Shown here piece after piece: positions 9,950 to 23,700 of a DNA stretch of 64,000 nucleotides. A program made the translations under genes and the position numbers. Every line of letters starts with the position of its first letter. The first letter of the stretch is position 1. The stretch is from Octopus sinensis (Eukaryota). The notes beneath the pieces are model-generated. The model saw only the letters and a list, made by a program, of their open reading frames with translations, did no database searches and was not told the DNA's origin. The stretch spans positions 22,816,001 to 22,880,000 of the forward strand of contig NC_042997.1 in the NCBI RefSeq assembly GCF_006345805.1, read 5' to 3'.

Positions 9950-12900
9950 GTAAGTTCTTCATTTATTTACAACTGTTATAATTTTGGACTTATTTTTTTA
10001 TCTAATTCTATCTCAATTTTCATATTGGATAAATAATTTTCTTTGATAGTGAAATAATTTAATCTCTCATTATCATCAGCATGCGATTAGTAGAAAAATA
10101 AATTAATTAAATATTTGTTAATCAGAATGTTTTTCGTTTACTAGTTAATTTCTTACAGACTAAAACGTACTTCTTATCCGGTTAAAAATGCTGACACTGT
10201 TTGTTTGTTGGTGTAAAATCCCTTCTCTGATTTTATTACATCTTCACTATATTTTGCATATTACGTCGATGTTCATTGACTTCATTTTCATCTAAATTAG
10301 TTGCCAGACCTTATATTCTTAACTCCGTAAAAATTAATATTCTAATACTGTGAAGGAACCTTTCTATTTTATTTACTCGGATGGTTAAAGTTAATTTTAT
10401 ATAAATTCAAGTTAATATCGTTTATTTTCTACTGCATTGAATTAATATAATAATTCCGAATATTTTAATGCTGTATTTTCAACATATTTTACAATAATTT
10501 TTGTTGAATAGACAACTTTTTTTTATTTGATGATATTATAAAATGATAAATGTTTTTGTTTTTTACTTTTGATTGACCTAACTATGTTAAGAGTGGGCGT
10601 TATTCCTTTATTGGTGTATTTCAGTATTTAATTGTTTTTACTAAATATACAACCCTATATTTTAGACAAGGTGAATAGGATATTGTGACGTGCATATCTT
10701 TACTGGGTGGTATCAGTTGCGTAAGTGAATTGGTTTTCAATAAGAAATCGAAACCATGCTGCAGAATCGACCTTCTGGGAGTTTATCTCGACGTCCACGT
10801 CTACCGTATGACAATCGACACATGCTTAAGTCAGTTTAGTCTGAATTTATTCCTGCATTAAAACGAATTTGTGCCTTTGAGTGACTCAGAAAATCTGCTA
10901 ACCACAATTTAAAAAATAATAATCTTGTCGCACTATTATTCCCAAACTTTTATTTTTTTTTTTCATATTTTTGTCTATCTGTCAGAGCTATTCGAAAGTG
11001 TGGGTCACACATAACTACGGAAGATCGTGATTGATAGAATTTTAAATTGCACAAGAATGATTTTTAATTTTGTTAATTTAATAAAGTTTGGTAAACTTGA
11101 TCAACTGATTTCTTTCTGAAACTTGTGTCATTTAAAAAATCTTTGATACTTCATGTACACTACTTGTTGTTCTCTCGATAATTTCAATGTCTGGTTCAAA
11201 GACATATAGTAGGAATCTGAAATAAATATTTTAATTATTGTTTTTGTGGAGGCAAGTTGTATTGCCACACTAATGATGGTTAATCCCAATCAGACATGAT
11301 TGAGAAAACCTCTGAATAAAGATGCTATAACCAGTATAATGCTGCTGCCTTTTTGTATGCTAGAGATTACTTTGTCCTATGTAATCTGATAGTCAGTCAT
11401 GAGAGATTTAACTGCTATTTGTAGCAATTTTAATGACCTCTTAAAAAAACCCTTGTAAGCTTGTCCAATATGTTGAAGTTACTTGTCAGTAGTGTCGGTT
11501 GATGATCATATTTTCTTTCAGTATCAAAACTGTTAACAATTCCTAAAATTTTGTTCCAATTTGATGTCATATCAAAGTCTAAATCCATTGATTATTCCGT
11601 GCCGGTGGCACGTAAAAATCACCATCCGATCGTGGCCGTTTGCCAGCCTCGTCTGGCACCTGTGCAGGTGGCACATAAAAAGCACCCACTACACTCTCGG
11701 AGTGGTTGGCGTTAGGAAGGGCATCCAGCTGTAGAAACACTTCCAGATTAGACTGGGCCTGGCGCAGCCTCCTGGCTTCCCAGACCACGAACCGTCCAAC
11801 CCATGCTAGCAAGGAAAACGGACGTTAAACGATGATGATGATCATCATCATCATCACCATTTTAACATTCATCTTTCTATGTTAGTAGGGTTTAAATGTT
11901 TTCAAATACTTCCTATCTGCTATCTTGGGCTTACATAATCTCATCTGTGATTTCCAATTTCTTTATTAGTTTGTTTACACAACTTAGCTGTCAACTTATG
12001 ACACTTTCACCAAGCAGATATTGCCTATTGTTTTACTTAATCAGCATGTAATCAACTGAGAAATCAGCAATCTGAATGAGTTATTAGTACAGTTAGAATG
12101 ATTTTTAATTGTTAACTTGATCCATTGAATTTTGCATTTTGATATTGATACACAAACTCTAGCTAAATTACAATTCCCATCACTCAGGCCATCGGGTATT
12201 TTCAGATGCCAACTGCATCAGACTAAATAATGTTCCAGTAACAAAGTTTATAAACACAAAGTATTCCACTTTAAAATATACATTCCTAAGAAATATATAT
12301 GCCCTTAACTGCATATTACAGAATAAAGTCTCAGCAAGAGCTTTAACTAGACCTCACAATAACTCTTTCCTATTGTGTCTGGGAAGACATGATAAAACTG
12401 TAATTAATATATGATAACAGTGCCCAGAAATAGCATGATACTCCAAAGATGCCTCACCAGAAACAGAAGAATTGAAACTCCCTGAAAATTAGAATCACAG
12501 AACATTGAAAAGTTCTAAACCAATGCAAGACAACAAAAATCAGGAATAGCAGAATATGTGATACGGTGTGAAGATGAGAATCATATTTTGTTATGGATTA
12601 ATGTTTTTGTTATAGACAAAGTGGAAAATATAGAGAGTAAGATCCAGTTCAAATAGTGCTAAATGAGACCAAAAATGATTTACTAAATCTATTTCCAAAT
12701 AAAAAAGGAGAAGGAGAGATTTGTCAAATTTCAATTTTACCAATTTCATGCATTGAAAATTATCACTCCTTGCTACCCACTATTTTTTTAAAAAATCCAG
12801 ATGGTTCTGCAAACTGTACACTTGTAAAGAAAGTCACCATATAGTCTGTCCACTTGGAAATCCCTTCTCTTCCATGTGTTTTTTTCTACTTATTCATAAG

Positions 12901-15900
12901 AACAACAACTACCTACCTGTCACCCTATCTTCCAATATCTCACAAGTAATGAAAAAAACAATGGTAAACAACCACCACCTACCTCACCTCACTTGCATCC
13001 ATTTCATAAACCAGCGGTATGGTCCCTGTAAATCCAGATTTTTATGGAGATTTGCTCTCCTGTCATACTGCCTTGAAAACTTCAAACTATATATGGTATG
13101 ACAATTTCCTAGCTAAATGGGCTAAATCCATCTCTGTTCACTAGGATCAGTATTCTTATTCACTAATGAGGATCTCTCTAATTCATATTTCATTAATTTT
13201 GGTGTAGGTTAAACTATGGCTATGTCTTGTAAACTGTTCTTTAATAATCTATTTGATATCATTAATGTTCTAATTGTTGTTTTAATACCACTCACTTTTA
13301 TATATGTATGATACTATTTATTCCTCTTAACCATCTGCAACCTGGATACCTTACACTAAGCATTCACTTCTTCCAAGGACAATGACCTTGACAATATCCA
13401 CCAATGGGGATTTGGTAACCAAGTCAAAATCAACCAACATTACACACATATTACACATATATGAGGTGGTATCAAAAGGTTCCCAGACTAGTTCTGTAGT
13501 GCGCCAACAGATGGCAGCACATGATTGCATGCACAGTTACAGCTAACAGTGACCTTCATGAGACAGTGTGCCAAGTATCATCACTGTGTTTACTTTGCAA
13601 GTTGTGAAGTTTGTGTTTTTGTGATCATATGTATGCTGTAGTCTGTGATTTTGTCATGGACTGTAATAAAGAGCTAACATGAAATTTTGTTCTAAACTTG
13701 GGAAGTCTGCTACAGAGACATCGAGCATGCTTCGGCAAGCTTTCAGTGATGAGGCAATGGATTGTATGCAATGTTTCAGGTGGCACAGGTGCTTCAAAGG
13801 TGGAAGAACATCCCCGGAAGACAGTGAGTGATCTGGAAGACCTGCCACAAGCGTCACCCCCAGAAATGTGGTATTGTGCATTAGGAATTCATCCCCCAGA
13901 GCCAGACCATCAATTGAGAGTTCTATTGCAATGTTTTGAAGCATTTATGGGAGGACTTTCAGTGAAAGTGGCCAGATTTGTGGGGTGCAAAGAATTGGAT
14001 TCTTCATGACGCCAAAGCATCCTGTCACAGAGCTCTCCTCATGCATTTGAGTCTTGCCAAAAACAACATGGTATTGCTTCCGCACCTGCCCTATTTGCCA
14101 GATTTAGCACCTGCAGACTTCCTTCTCTTCCTGAAGATGAAAATGCAGCTCAGACGGTACCATTTTAACACTGTTGTCAAAATCCAGTGCAAATCACAGA
14201 AAGTCCTCAACTTGCTTATGGAAAATGACTTCCAGGCCAGATTCCAAAAGTGGCAGGAATGCTGGGACCAGTTTATTGCTGCAAAAAGTAACTATTTTGA
14301 AGGAGATGATGCTAAAACTTAGGTAAATAAGTTATTTTTTATTAAACATAACTAGTCTGGGAACTTTTTGATTCCACAATGTATCTGGGAGAGTGCTGCT
14401 GCTACACACATGGAAACCTAAAACCACTGTCTTCAATGCCTTTCTATTTCTCTGAATTAACACACTGCATTTTAACAAAGACCTACTCAACATATCTTTC
14501 TTCCTTTTGTCATTCTTACCTTATCTCATCAATCCACATTCCATACTAAATAGGTTACCAGTATGTTTATGTATTAATTTTGCAAGATTCCTGATGTGAA
14601 ATCATGTGTTGAAACAGGTACTGTTATATTTCAGGAGGATTTTTTTTCTTTTTCAAATAAACACACGCACTATTAGATGAGATGCAGTTTGGTTTTGTGC
14701 CAGGTAGAAGCACCACTGATGCTATAATCCTGGTACAGCAACTGCATGAGAAATACCTAGCCAAAGATAAACCCCTATACTCGGCTTTTGTGAACTTGGA
14801 GAAAGCCTTTGACAGAGTCCCCTGATCCCTTATCTGGTGGGCAATGCGGAAACTGGGGATTGACAAATGGTTAATAAGGGCTGTACAGGCCCTATACAGA
14901 GATGCCGTTAGTAAGGTTAGGGTTGGCAATGAGTATAGTGAAGAATTCCAGGTAGAAGTAGGGATTCACCAAGGATCAGCCCTCAGCCCCCTCTTATTCA
15001 TCATAGTCCTCCAGGCAATAACAGAGGAATTCAAGACATGTTGACCTTGGGACCTCCTTTATGCTGATGACCTGACCCTCATAGCAAAATTACTACCAGA
15101 ACTAGAGAAGAAATTTCAGGTTTGGAAGCAAGGTTTTGAATCAAAAGGCCTTAGAGTCAATGTCGCAAAGACCAAAGTTCTAGTAAGTAGGAAGGCAAAT
15201 ATATCACACGCCCCTTCAGGTAGGTCGCACTGCCTGATCTGTAGAAAAGGTGTAGGTAGAAACTCTGCAAACCCTCTAGAGTTCCCTTTTTGCTCACATC
15301 TTTATTGCATACATTAATCTTTCACTTATTGAAAATTGTTAATATAGAGGACTACGTTGGTTTGGACATGTGATGCATGTGAATGAGGGCCGCTACATAA
15401 AGAAGTGCGGATCACTGAAAGTAGATGGTACCCATGGAAGAGGGAAACCCAGGAAGACATGGCATGAAGTGGTAGGGACTGATTTCAGGAAGTTGGACCT
15501 CATGGAGGAAATGACCATGGACCAACATGTCTGGTAATATGAAGTTCTTGAGAAGACCTGCCCACATCAGCAAAACTGAGTTCTAGAAGCGCTGTGTAGA
15601 AAACTTCTCACACACTCTGCCACATTCGAACCAAACTGTCTCTACATCCCTTCTCTTCTTCACATTCCCGCTTCATGTACTATGATTACCTCCCACTCCC
15701 CAATCCTGTCCCCTTGGCCCAGTGCCACTATATCATTGATCTCAGCTTGCCCCAACATGTGTGTTCTACACACATGCCTTGTCTACACACATTGCCATCT
15801 ACTAGCCCCCCACCTGGATGTTCCACTCACACGTAACAAGAAAGCTTTTCCCTCACCCTACCCCAACAAACCAATTTGAATCTCTTCTCTGTTTTGCATT

Positions 15901-17690
15901 TCCTCCTTCATTCCCAGGTCTTTCACTACTTACTTTGCACTCTTTCATTGCACTCTCTTTGCAATATGCTGTCACTTATATTGCATTTGAATCTCAAGGG
16001 TATGCCCTGGCACTTGCCACTCTCTGTATCTCTCTCTTCCTTTACTCAACCATCTCATTTATACTCTGATCCCCATTCTTTGTGAGTATGCCCAGAATTT
16101 TGTGCACTTCCCTCAGGTTGGGCAACCATGTATTTTCTTTGTGGTAGCACACCTGTTTCTGTCTTTATTCCTGATCTTTCTCTCTCCAGCCGTGTAAACT
16201 TGTACTTCTTCTTCAGCAAGACGCCTATATCTGTCTCACTATAACCTTTTCATTGTCACCTCCTCCAATGTCTCCTCCCCTCTTAAAAGTTTTTGTCTTA
16301 CAAGTACTTGTTGGTGACCCTGTCAGTGCAGGTGCCTCTTAAAAGCACCCAGTCCACACTGTAAAGTGGTTGGTGTTCGGAAGGGCATCCTTGCCAAAAC
16401 TGACCTTGCCTGTGCTTGTGCCTCATAAAAAGCACAAAGTCCACTCTGCTGAGTGGCTGGTGTTAGGAAGGGCATCCAGCTGTAAAAATCCTGCTAAAAC
16501 AGTCACAGAAGTCTAGTGCAGGCTTAGGCCTGGCCAGCCCTTGTGGTACCTTCCCACCCATGCTAGCATGGAACATGGATGTTTGATGTATTTAATGTAT
16601 AGATCATGATCATTTTACATCTATTTTTCCATGAGTTGGATAGTGCTGGGACATGAATTGTATTATTTCACTTAAATGTTCAAATTCAAATATGACATGC
16701 ATATGTTAACAAATGTATTTATTCCAAATGACAGGCTGGCAGATACACTTAGATGAGAATTTGTAGAATCTGTCTGGTGCTTTCAGGATTTAGCCTTTTT
16801 GGTGCTTTCTTGATCTTTGTTTAGCAATGAAGTATTTTAAGTAGTAGAGTCATAACTTCCTCTTCAATAATGAGATTGAGATTAGATTTTTCTTACTTAC
16901 ATGTTTAAGTCTTACTTCTCACAAAGACTTTATAAACCTGCCATTCCAAGAAAAAATGTTATTGAAGAGCATCTGTTAAGACCATCAACAACCATCATTG
17001 CAGAGCAATAATCCTACATTGCAATGAAAGATCTTATTACTTTGCAACCAATAAAGATAACTTGTTGATCAGTGTGTAATGTAAAATAACAGTAAAAAAA
17101 TTCCCCATTTCCTAACACTTTCTATTATAACTATATCTTCCCTTCAGTTTATGAAAGAGTGTATGTTTGGAGAGAAAATTGAACAAATTTATGACACTGT
17201 GAAAGAACATCTAAAATTGTATTTCCAGAAGCATCAGTTTCAACATATGGTAGAAAGTCAGGGGAGAGGGAATGTAGAATTAACTATTGAAGTTTTAAAT
17301 AGGCATATAGCATCTAGATGTCTTTATAGTAACAGAAATGTTAAATTTAGTAGGGATTGAATTAGTTGAGAAATGAGACACCAATTTAGAGTAGTAGTTA
17401 AAGAAACCTAGTAGTAGTCTTAGTGTGTTCAGCATTACTATGCATCTGGTAGTGAATGAGTAAGTTTCAGTCTTTCCATATCAAGTTGCAGAGAATTAGT
17501 TTCTGTTTTGTATCCTCTAGGCGCAGGAGTGGCTGTGTGGTAAGTAGCTTACTAACCAGCCACATGGTTCCAGGTTCAGTCCCACTGCGTGGCATCTTGG
17601 GCAAGTGTCTTCTGCTATAGTCCCGGGCCGACCAATGCCTTGTGAGTGGATTTGGTCGACAGAAACTGAAAGAAGCCTGTCGTATATATG

Positions 17691-17729
<39 letters not shown>

Positions 17730-20700
17730 CTGTGTTTGTCCCCCTAGCATTGCTTGACAACCGATGCTGGTGTGTTTATGTCCCCGTCACTTAGCGGTTT
17801 GGCAAAAGAGACCGATAGAATAAGTACTGGGCTTACAAAGAATAAGTCCCGGGGTCGATTTGCTCGACTAAAGGCGGTGCTCCAGCATGGCTGCAGTCAA
17901 ATGACTGAAACAAGTAAAAGAGTATATAGCAAATGGATCTTTAGTTAAAAAAAAACATTTGTCTTTAATAACTGTAATGTTGTGTCCCTTCATAGCTGAA
18001 AAAGCATTTGAGTCAGGTTCTCACCATTCTCCTCAATAGTTTTGTCAATAGCAATAATTGACACCTACCTTGGCAGGTGTCAATTGCTTTGATACACTAT
18101 CCATCACTCTTTGAAAAGCACATAGCAAGCATTAGTCACACTAAAATGTAACCATGTAAAATTAGATATGGGTCCATCAGCTTGAAATGTAGTATATCCC
18201 TTATTATTGTGGCATAGAACTTGACAATGTGCTGCATTCAGATCCCGTTTTCTGTTGAATTTATTGCAAATAGAATACTAGATTTGCAATATTAGGAAGT
18301 GGGTAGATATCGAGAAGGCAGGGCTGTATTGTTTGTGAACAGTCAGTAGCAAGGCATTTCCTCTTCTGTTTTACAACAGTCGCATTTGTTCGCCTTGAAG
18401 AAATTAAGGACTGAATAATATCACCAAGAAACTATTTAGTCACTTTTTTGACAAACATTTCACAAGAGAAGAAAAGCAGCAAGATTTAGTAGCAATTGAT
18501 TTCAAATCATTGTATAGGTATGGAAAAATACAAAGAGGTATCAAAACCATTGCAAATTGAGCAACTGTTAGAATTTTTTAAACTTAATAGTGTTGTGACA
18601 TTTAAAGAAGTCATGTCCAAGAATTGAAAAATATTTAAATGCACAGTGGAACAAGATATGTGATGCGTTGCTGTACTTGAGAAGACTTGCCTACTGCAAC
18701 AGACCAGAGATCCTAAAACCAAGTTTCCATGTAAAAAGCACCTAGTACACTTGTGGTTGGTGTTAGAAAGGGCATCTAGTCATAGAAACCAAGTCAAACC
18801 ACACTATGCAAACTGCTGTGACCCCTGGCCTTGCCAGTTTCTGTCAAGCCACTCAACCTATGCCAGCATGGAAAACAGACATAAAATGTTGATGATGATG
18901 ATTATAAACCTTTTTGTACTAAAGGGTAAAAAATATGCATTAATTTACATACAATGTTTAGATGGAGTTCTCAAGCCAATTCAAAGACATTGGCGAGAAG
19001 ATTGGAGTGAGAGATTTTTTGCAAACATCTTTATTGATGAAACTGGTGGCACTTCCAGGTCAAATAAGCCAGGTAAAGCATCAATACATTGGTTGGCCAT
19101 AAATACATTGACGGTAGCCTTTTCAAGTGTATTTGTTGATGTGCCCTTTTTCAGAATGACTTGTAAATGCTAATAGAGCTCCCTTTGAGAGACATACTTG
19201 TAGAAAATGTTCAAACTTTAACTTTTTGCAGTTATGACAAATTTCATTTTTTTACTAGACAAAGAGTGGTTATACTAGGGGTCAATACAATATGCTCATT
19301 GCTAAGGGAACTGGACTCAGTTTTTTTGTTACAGTTCCAAATAAGGCATGAAGAGAAAAGAGATTACACAACTCTGAGCAGCTTCTAGAGAATGGGCTTG
19401 GGTGATTACCTGTTTTACAAATTCAGTGAATAACTCTGAAGGAGTCTTTGTTGAAAATGGTTAGAAGAGATCCTATAAATATATGAATTTCTAATGCATT
19501 CTACCAATATACATCAGTAGTTACAGTCTGAATGGAATCTACAATATATAGTAAGGATGCATGGAATTGTAACATAAGATTCAATGACTTCACCTGGTTG
19601 TTTTTGTGACTGCAATTAGAATCTGCAAAAAATTTGAATCTTGTTGTTTAATGTCTACCTAGTAGCATGGGGACAGTTTGGTAACCCAAACAAATTCAAC
19701 AGGAGTGAATGGAGACAGCTGGAAGTACAATACAATGTATACAGTCCACAAAGTAAAGTGATTGGTGATGGTGTGGGTATCCAACTGTGAAAAGCATGTC
19801 AAAATAGTGACATACACAAGAGACCCCTATATTTGGCTTTTGTGGACTTGGAGAAAGCCTTTGACAGGGTCCCCCCACCCCCGATCCCTTATCTGGTAGG
19901 CAATGCAAAAACTGGGGATTGATGAATTGTTAATAAGGGCTGTACATGCCCTACACAGAGATGCCGTTAGTAGGGTTAGGATTGGAAATGAGTATAGTGA
20001 AGAATTCTGGGTAGAAGTAGGGGTCCACCAAGGATCAGCCTCCTATTCATCATAGTCCTCCAGGCAATAACAGAGGAATTCAAGACAGGTTGTCCCTGGG
20101 AGCTCCTCTATGCTGATGACCTGGCCCTCATAGCAAAATCACTACCAGAACTAGAGAAGAAATTTCAGGTGTGGAAGCAAGGTTTAGATTCGAAGGGCCT
20201 TAGAGTCAATGTTGCAAAGACCAAAGTTCTAGTAAGTAGGAATGCAAACACAGAACACATCCCTTCAGGTAGGTGGCCCTGCACGATCTGTAGAAAAGGT
20301 GTAGGTAGAAAGAAATGAAGCTAGCATGATCTGCTGGATGTGTAATGTCAGTGTGCACACATGGCAGAGTGTAAGCATCCTGAGAGAAATGATAGACATA
20401 AGAAGCATCAGATGTGGCATGCGAGAGAGACGTTTACATTGGTATGGTCATGTACTGTGGATGGACGAGGAGAGGTGTGTGAAGTGCCACTCCCAATCAG
20501 TGAAAGGAATCCGGGGTAGAGGGAGACCCAGGAAGACATGGGATGAGGTGGTGAATCATGACCTTTGAATGTTGGGCCCCACAGAGGCAATGACAAAAGA
20601 CCAAGACCTCTGAAGGTATGCTGTGACTGAGAAGACCCAGAAAATAAAGTGAGTTCACAGCTGTAACCTACACTAGTGTCACATAACCAGCCCACTCAAA

Positions 20701-23700
20701 AATACCTTGGATTGTAGGACGACATGCCATGCATAAGGAGACCTATTCAGTCAAGTACATCAATATCAAAATCAAGTCAAATGGAAATTGCAGTTGTGAC
20801 CCCTGTGCTGGTAGCACGTAAAAAGCACTATCCGAACGTGGCTGATGCCAGTGCTGCTTTGACTGGCTTCCATGCCAGTGGCACGTAAAAGCACCATCTG
20901 ATCGTGGTCGATACCAGTTCATCTGGCCCCTGTCCCAGTGGCACGTAAAAAGCACCCACTACACTCTCAGAGTGGTTGGCGTTAGGAAGGGCATCCAGCT
21001 GCAGAAACACTGCCATATCAAATTGGGGCCTAGTGCAGCCTCCTGGCTTCCCTGACCCCAGCTGAACCATCCAACCCATTCCAGCATGGAAAACAGACAT
21101 TAAACAATGATGATGAATGATGACGACATCACATTTTCTATATGAGTGTATTTGCATTTTCGTTACCTATGTTAGGCCGATGACTGACAAGTGTATGTGT
21201 CTGTCAGTATACATACATTTTTCTGATGACTGACACATACACATCTAAAGACAGACACACACAGGGACAGAGAGAGGCTTCACTATTAAACAAAAAATTA
21301 CTTCCATTATTCCATTAACTATATATCAGCTGTGCCGATTCTGCCCATAAGAAAGGAGCAAATAATACAATGTGCTTGTAGGTCATAACACCCAGGCAAT
21401 GCCAGGATGCATTGCTAGTTTATATCATAAAAAGCACCTAAAAGAGGTTGGGTTAGGATTTGCACTCTGACCTCATAAAACCCTCACCAGCCATGGAGGG
21501 TTGTTGCCTTAGTGGTGCAAAGGTTTTATCCATGAAGGGTAAGGAAGCACCAACAAATGGTGGATGCAGTGACATACTGTTACTGTGCATGCCCTCATAC
21601 TACTACAACTACTCTTTATATTGTTAGGTGGACATGGTTAGAAAAGCAGACTCTGTGAATTCTAATTGAAAGTGTTCATTAAAATAAAAAACTATGAATT
21701 ACTAAAATTTTTTCTTAGGCATAAATAAAAAAAAGAATCTCGTTTGATATCTCTTAGACACATACATGACTGTGTAGTTAAGAAGTTTGCTTTGCAACCA
21801 CATTGTTTCAGGTTCCATCCTATGGCCCAGCACTTTGAGCAAGTATGTTTTACTATAGCCCCAGGCTGAGCGATACCATGTGAATGAAATTGATGGAGTG
21901 AGACTGTATGAAAGTTTGTTGTGTGTGTGTGAACTTGTGTCCACCCACCCTGACTGTTTTGCAATGTGTATTGGTTAGTTTACACCCCTGTAACTTAGCA
22001 GTTTGGCAAAAGCACCAACAGAATAAGTATCAGGCTTAAAATAAGTACTGAGGTTGATTTGTTACATTAGTCATACAAGGAAGTGCTCCCTCATGGCCAC
22101 AGTCTAATAACTAAAACAAGTAAAAGTGTAAGAAACTGAAGTGCATTCATATTTCTCCAAAATTATTTCATTTACTTTAAACTTTATTAGTTTTTAAAGC
22201 ATAACTTTGATATTTAACTGTTTTAAATTCAAACCAAAATTTAACATTTTCCCTAATTTTAAAATATTAAATTTTCTAGGCATATCACGTCAGAAAAATT
22301 CATTATTGAAGCTAAAGATTCAGTAACTAATGAGTTATTGGTTATTGATCGGGTGACTCAAGAGATAAATCTGCAAGGTGAGTTTTTTTTACTGATTCCT
22401 TTATTCATCTATTTACAATATTTGAAGAAATTATTCATATATAGACTTTACATTTAGATGTAATATACTAATATTGTTATATAGATTGAAAGTGTAGATC
22501 TTTACGTATGCTGGGTGAAAACTTTGTCTAATAAAGGACTGCTTGTAATAAAGTTGACTCTATTGTGGACACTGAAATCAGACCTGGGCTGACTCCTCAG
22601 TAACTATTCTAAGTGTTGTTGTGTAACATTGTGTTCTTTTACTGTTAGTGATTGGTGACCTATTTGAATGACCTCTGTGTGGACTAAAACAACCAGAATG
22701 TTGTTTGGGCACACATGGTTCCTCCAAGGGTGCTTTTTCACTAAGAGTCCAAGGCAATCAGTATGTTTATTGTAAAAAAATTGAATTACCCTGAGCAAGT
22801 CCCACTGGCTTGCAAACACTGTCAATCTTTCCCTTATACATATACATAACTTCACAAAACAACAAATACACACACACACACACACACACACAGAATAAAA
22901 TAAGGATTCAGATAGAATCAGGTATTTGTAAAGATATGCACCAAGTAGAGTTGGATAAACCTGTGGTTCGAGCCTATGGTTGGTAAGTATCATATAGGAT
23001 ATTCCGGTTGTGTACACAGAGAAAACCAACCCTGTGAGTATTTTGCTGGTCCAAATCCCCCTTGGTGTGTTATAATCAAATTACCCCTCTCAAAATTCCT
23101 TGTCTTGCAAATTACTTGGTACCAGTGCTGGTGCCATGTAAAGAAGCATCTAGTGCACATTGTAAAGTGGTTGGTATTTGGAATGGCATCCAACTGTAAA
23201 AATAATGCTAAAACTAACCTTGCCTGTGCTTATGCCATGTAAAAAGCACTGAGTTCACTCTGCATAGTGGTTGGTGTTAGGAAGGGCACCCTGCCAAAAC
23301 ATACACAGTAGCCTGGGGTAGTCTTCTACCTGTCCAGCTCCTGCCAACCACCCTACCTATGTATGCATGGAAGGCAGATGTTAAATGATGATGGTGAATA
23401 ATAACAAACAGTGGATTATTGTCAGCTGACAATTATCCATCATCTGTTATTATTCATTTGATTATATATATAGTTGTATTCCATTAGGAGCTGGCAGAAA
23501 CATTAGCATGCCAGGTGAAATGCTTAGCGGTATTTCGTCTGCCGTTACGTTCTGAGTTCAAATTCCGCCGAGGTCGACTTTGCCTTTCATCCTTTCAGGG
23601 GTCGATAAATTAAGTACCAGTTACGCACTGGAGTCAATATAATCGACTTAATCCATTTGTCTGTCCTTGTTTGTCCTCTCTGTGTTTAGCCCCTTGTGGG

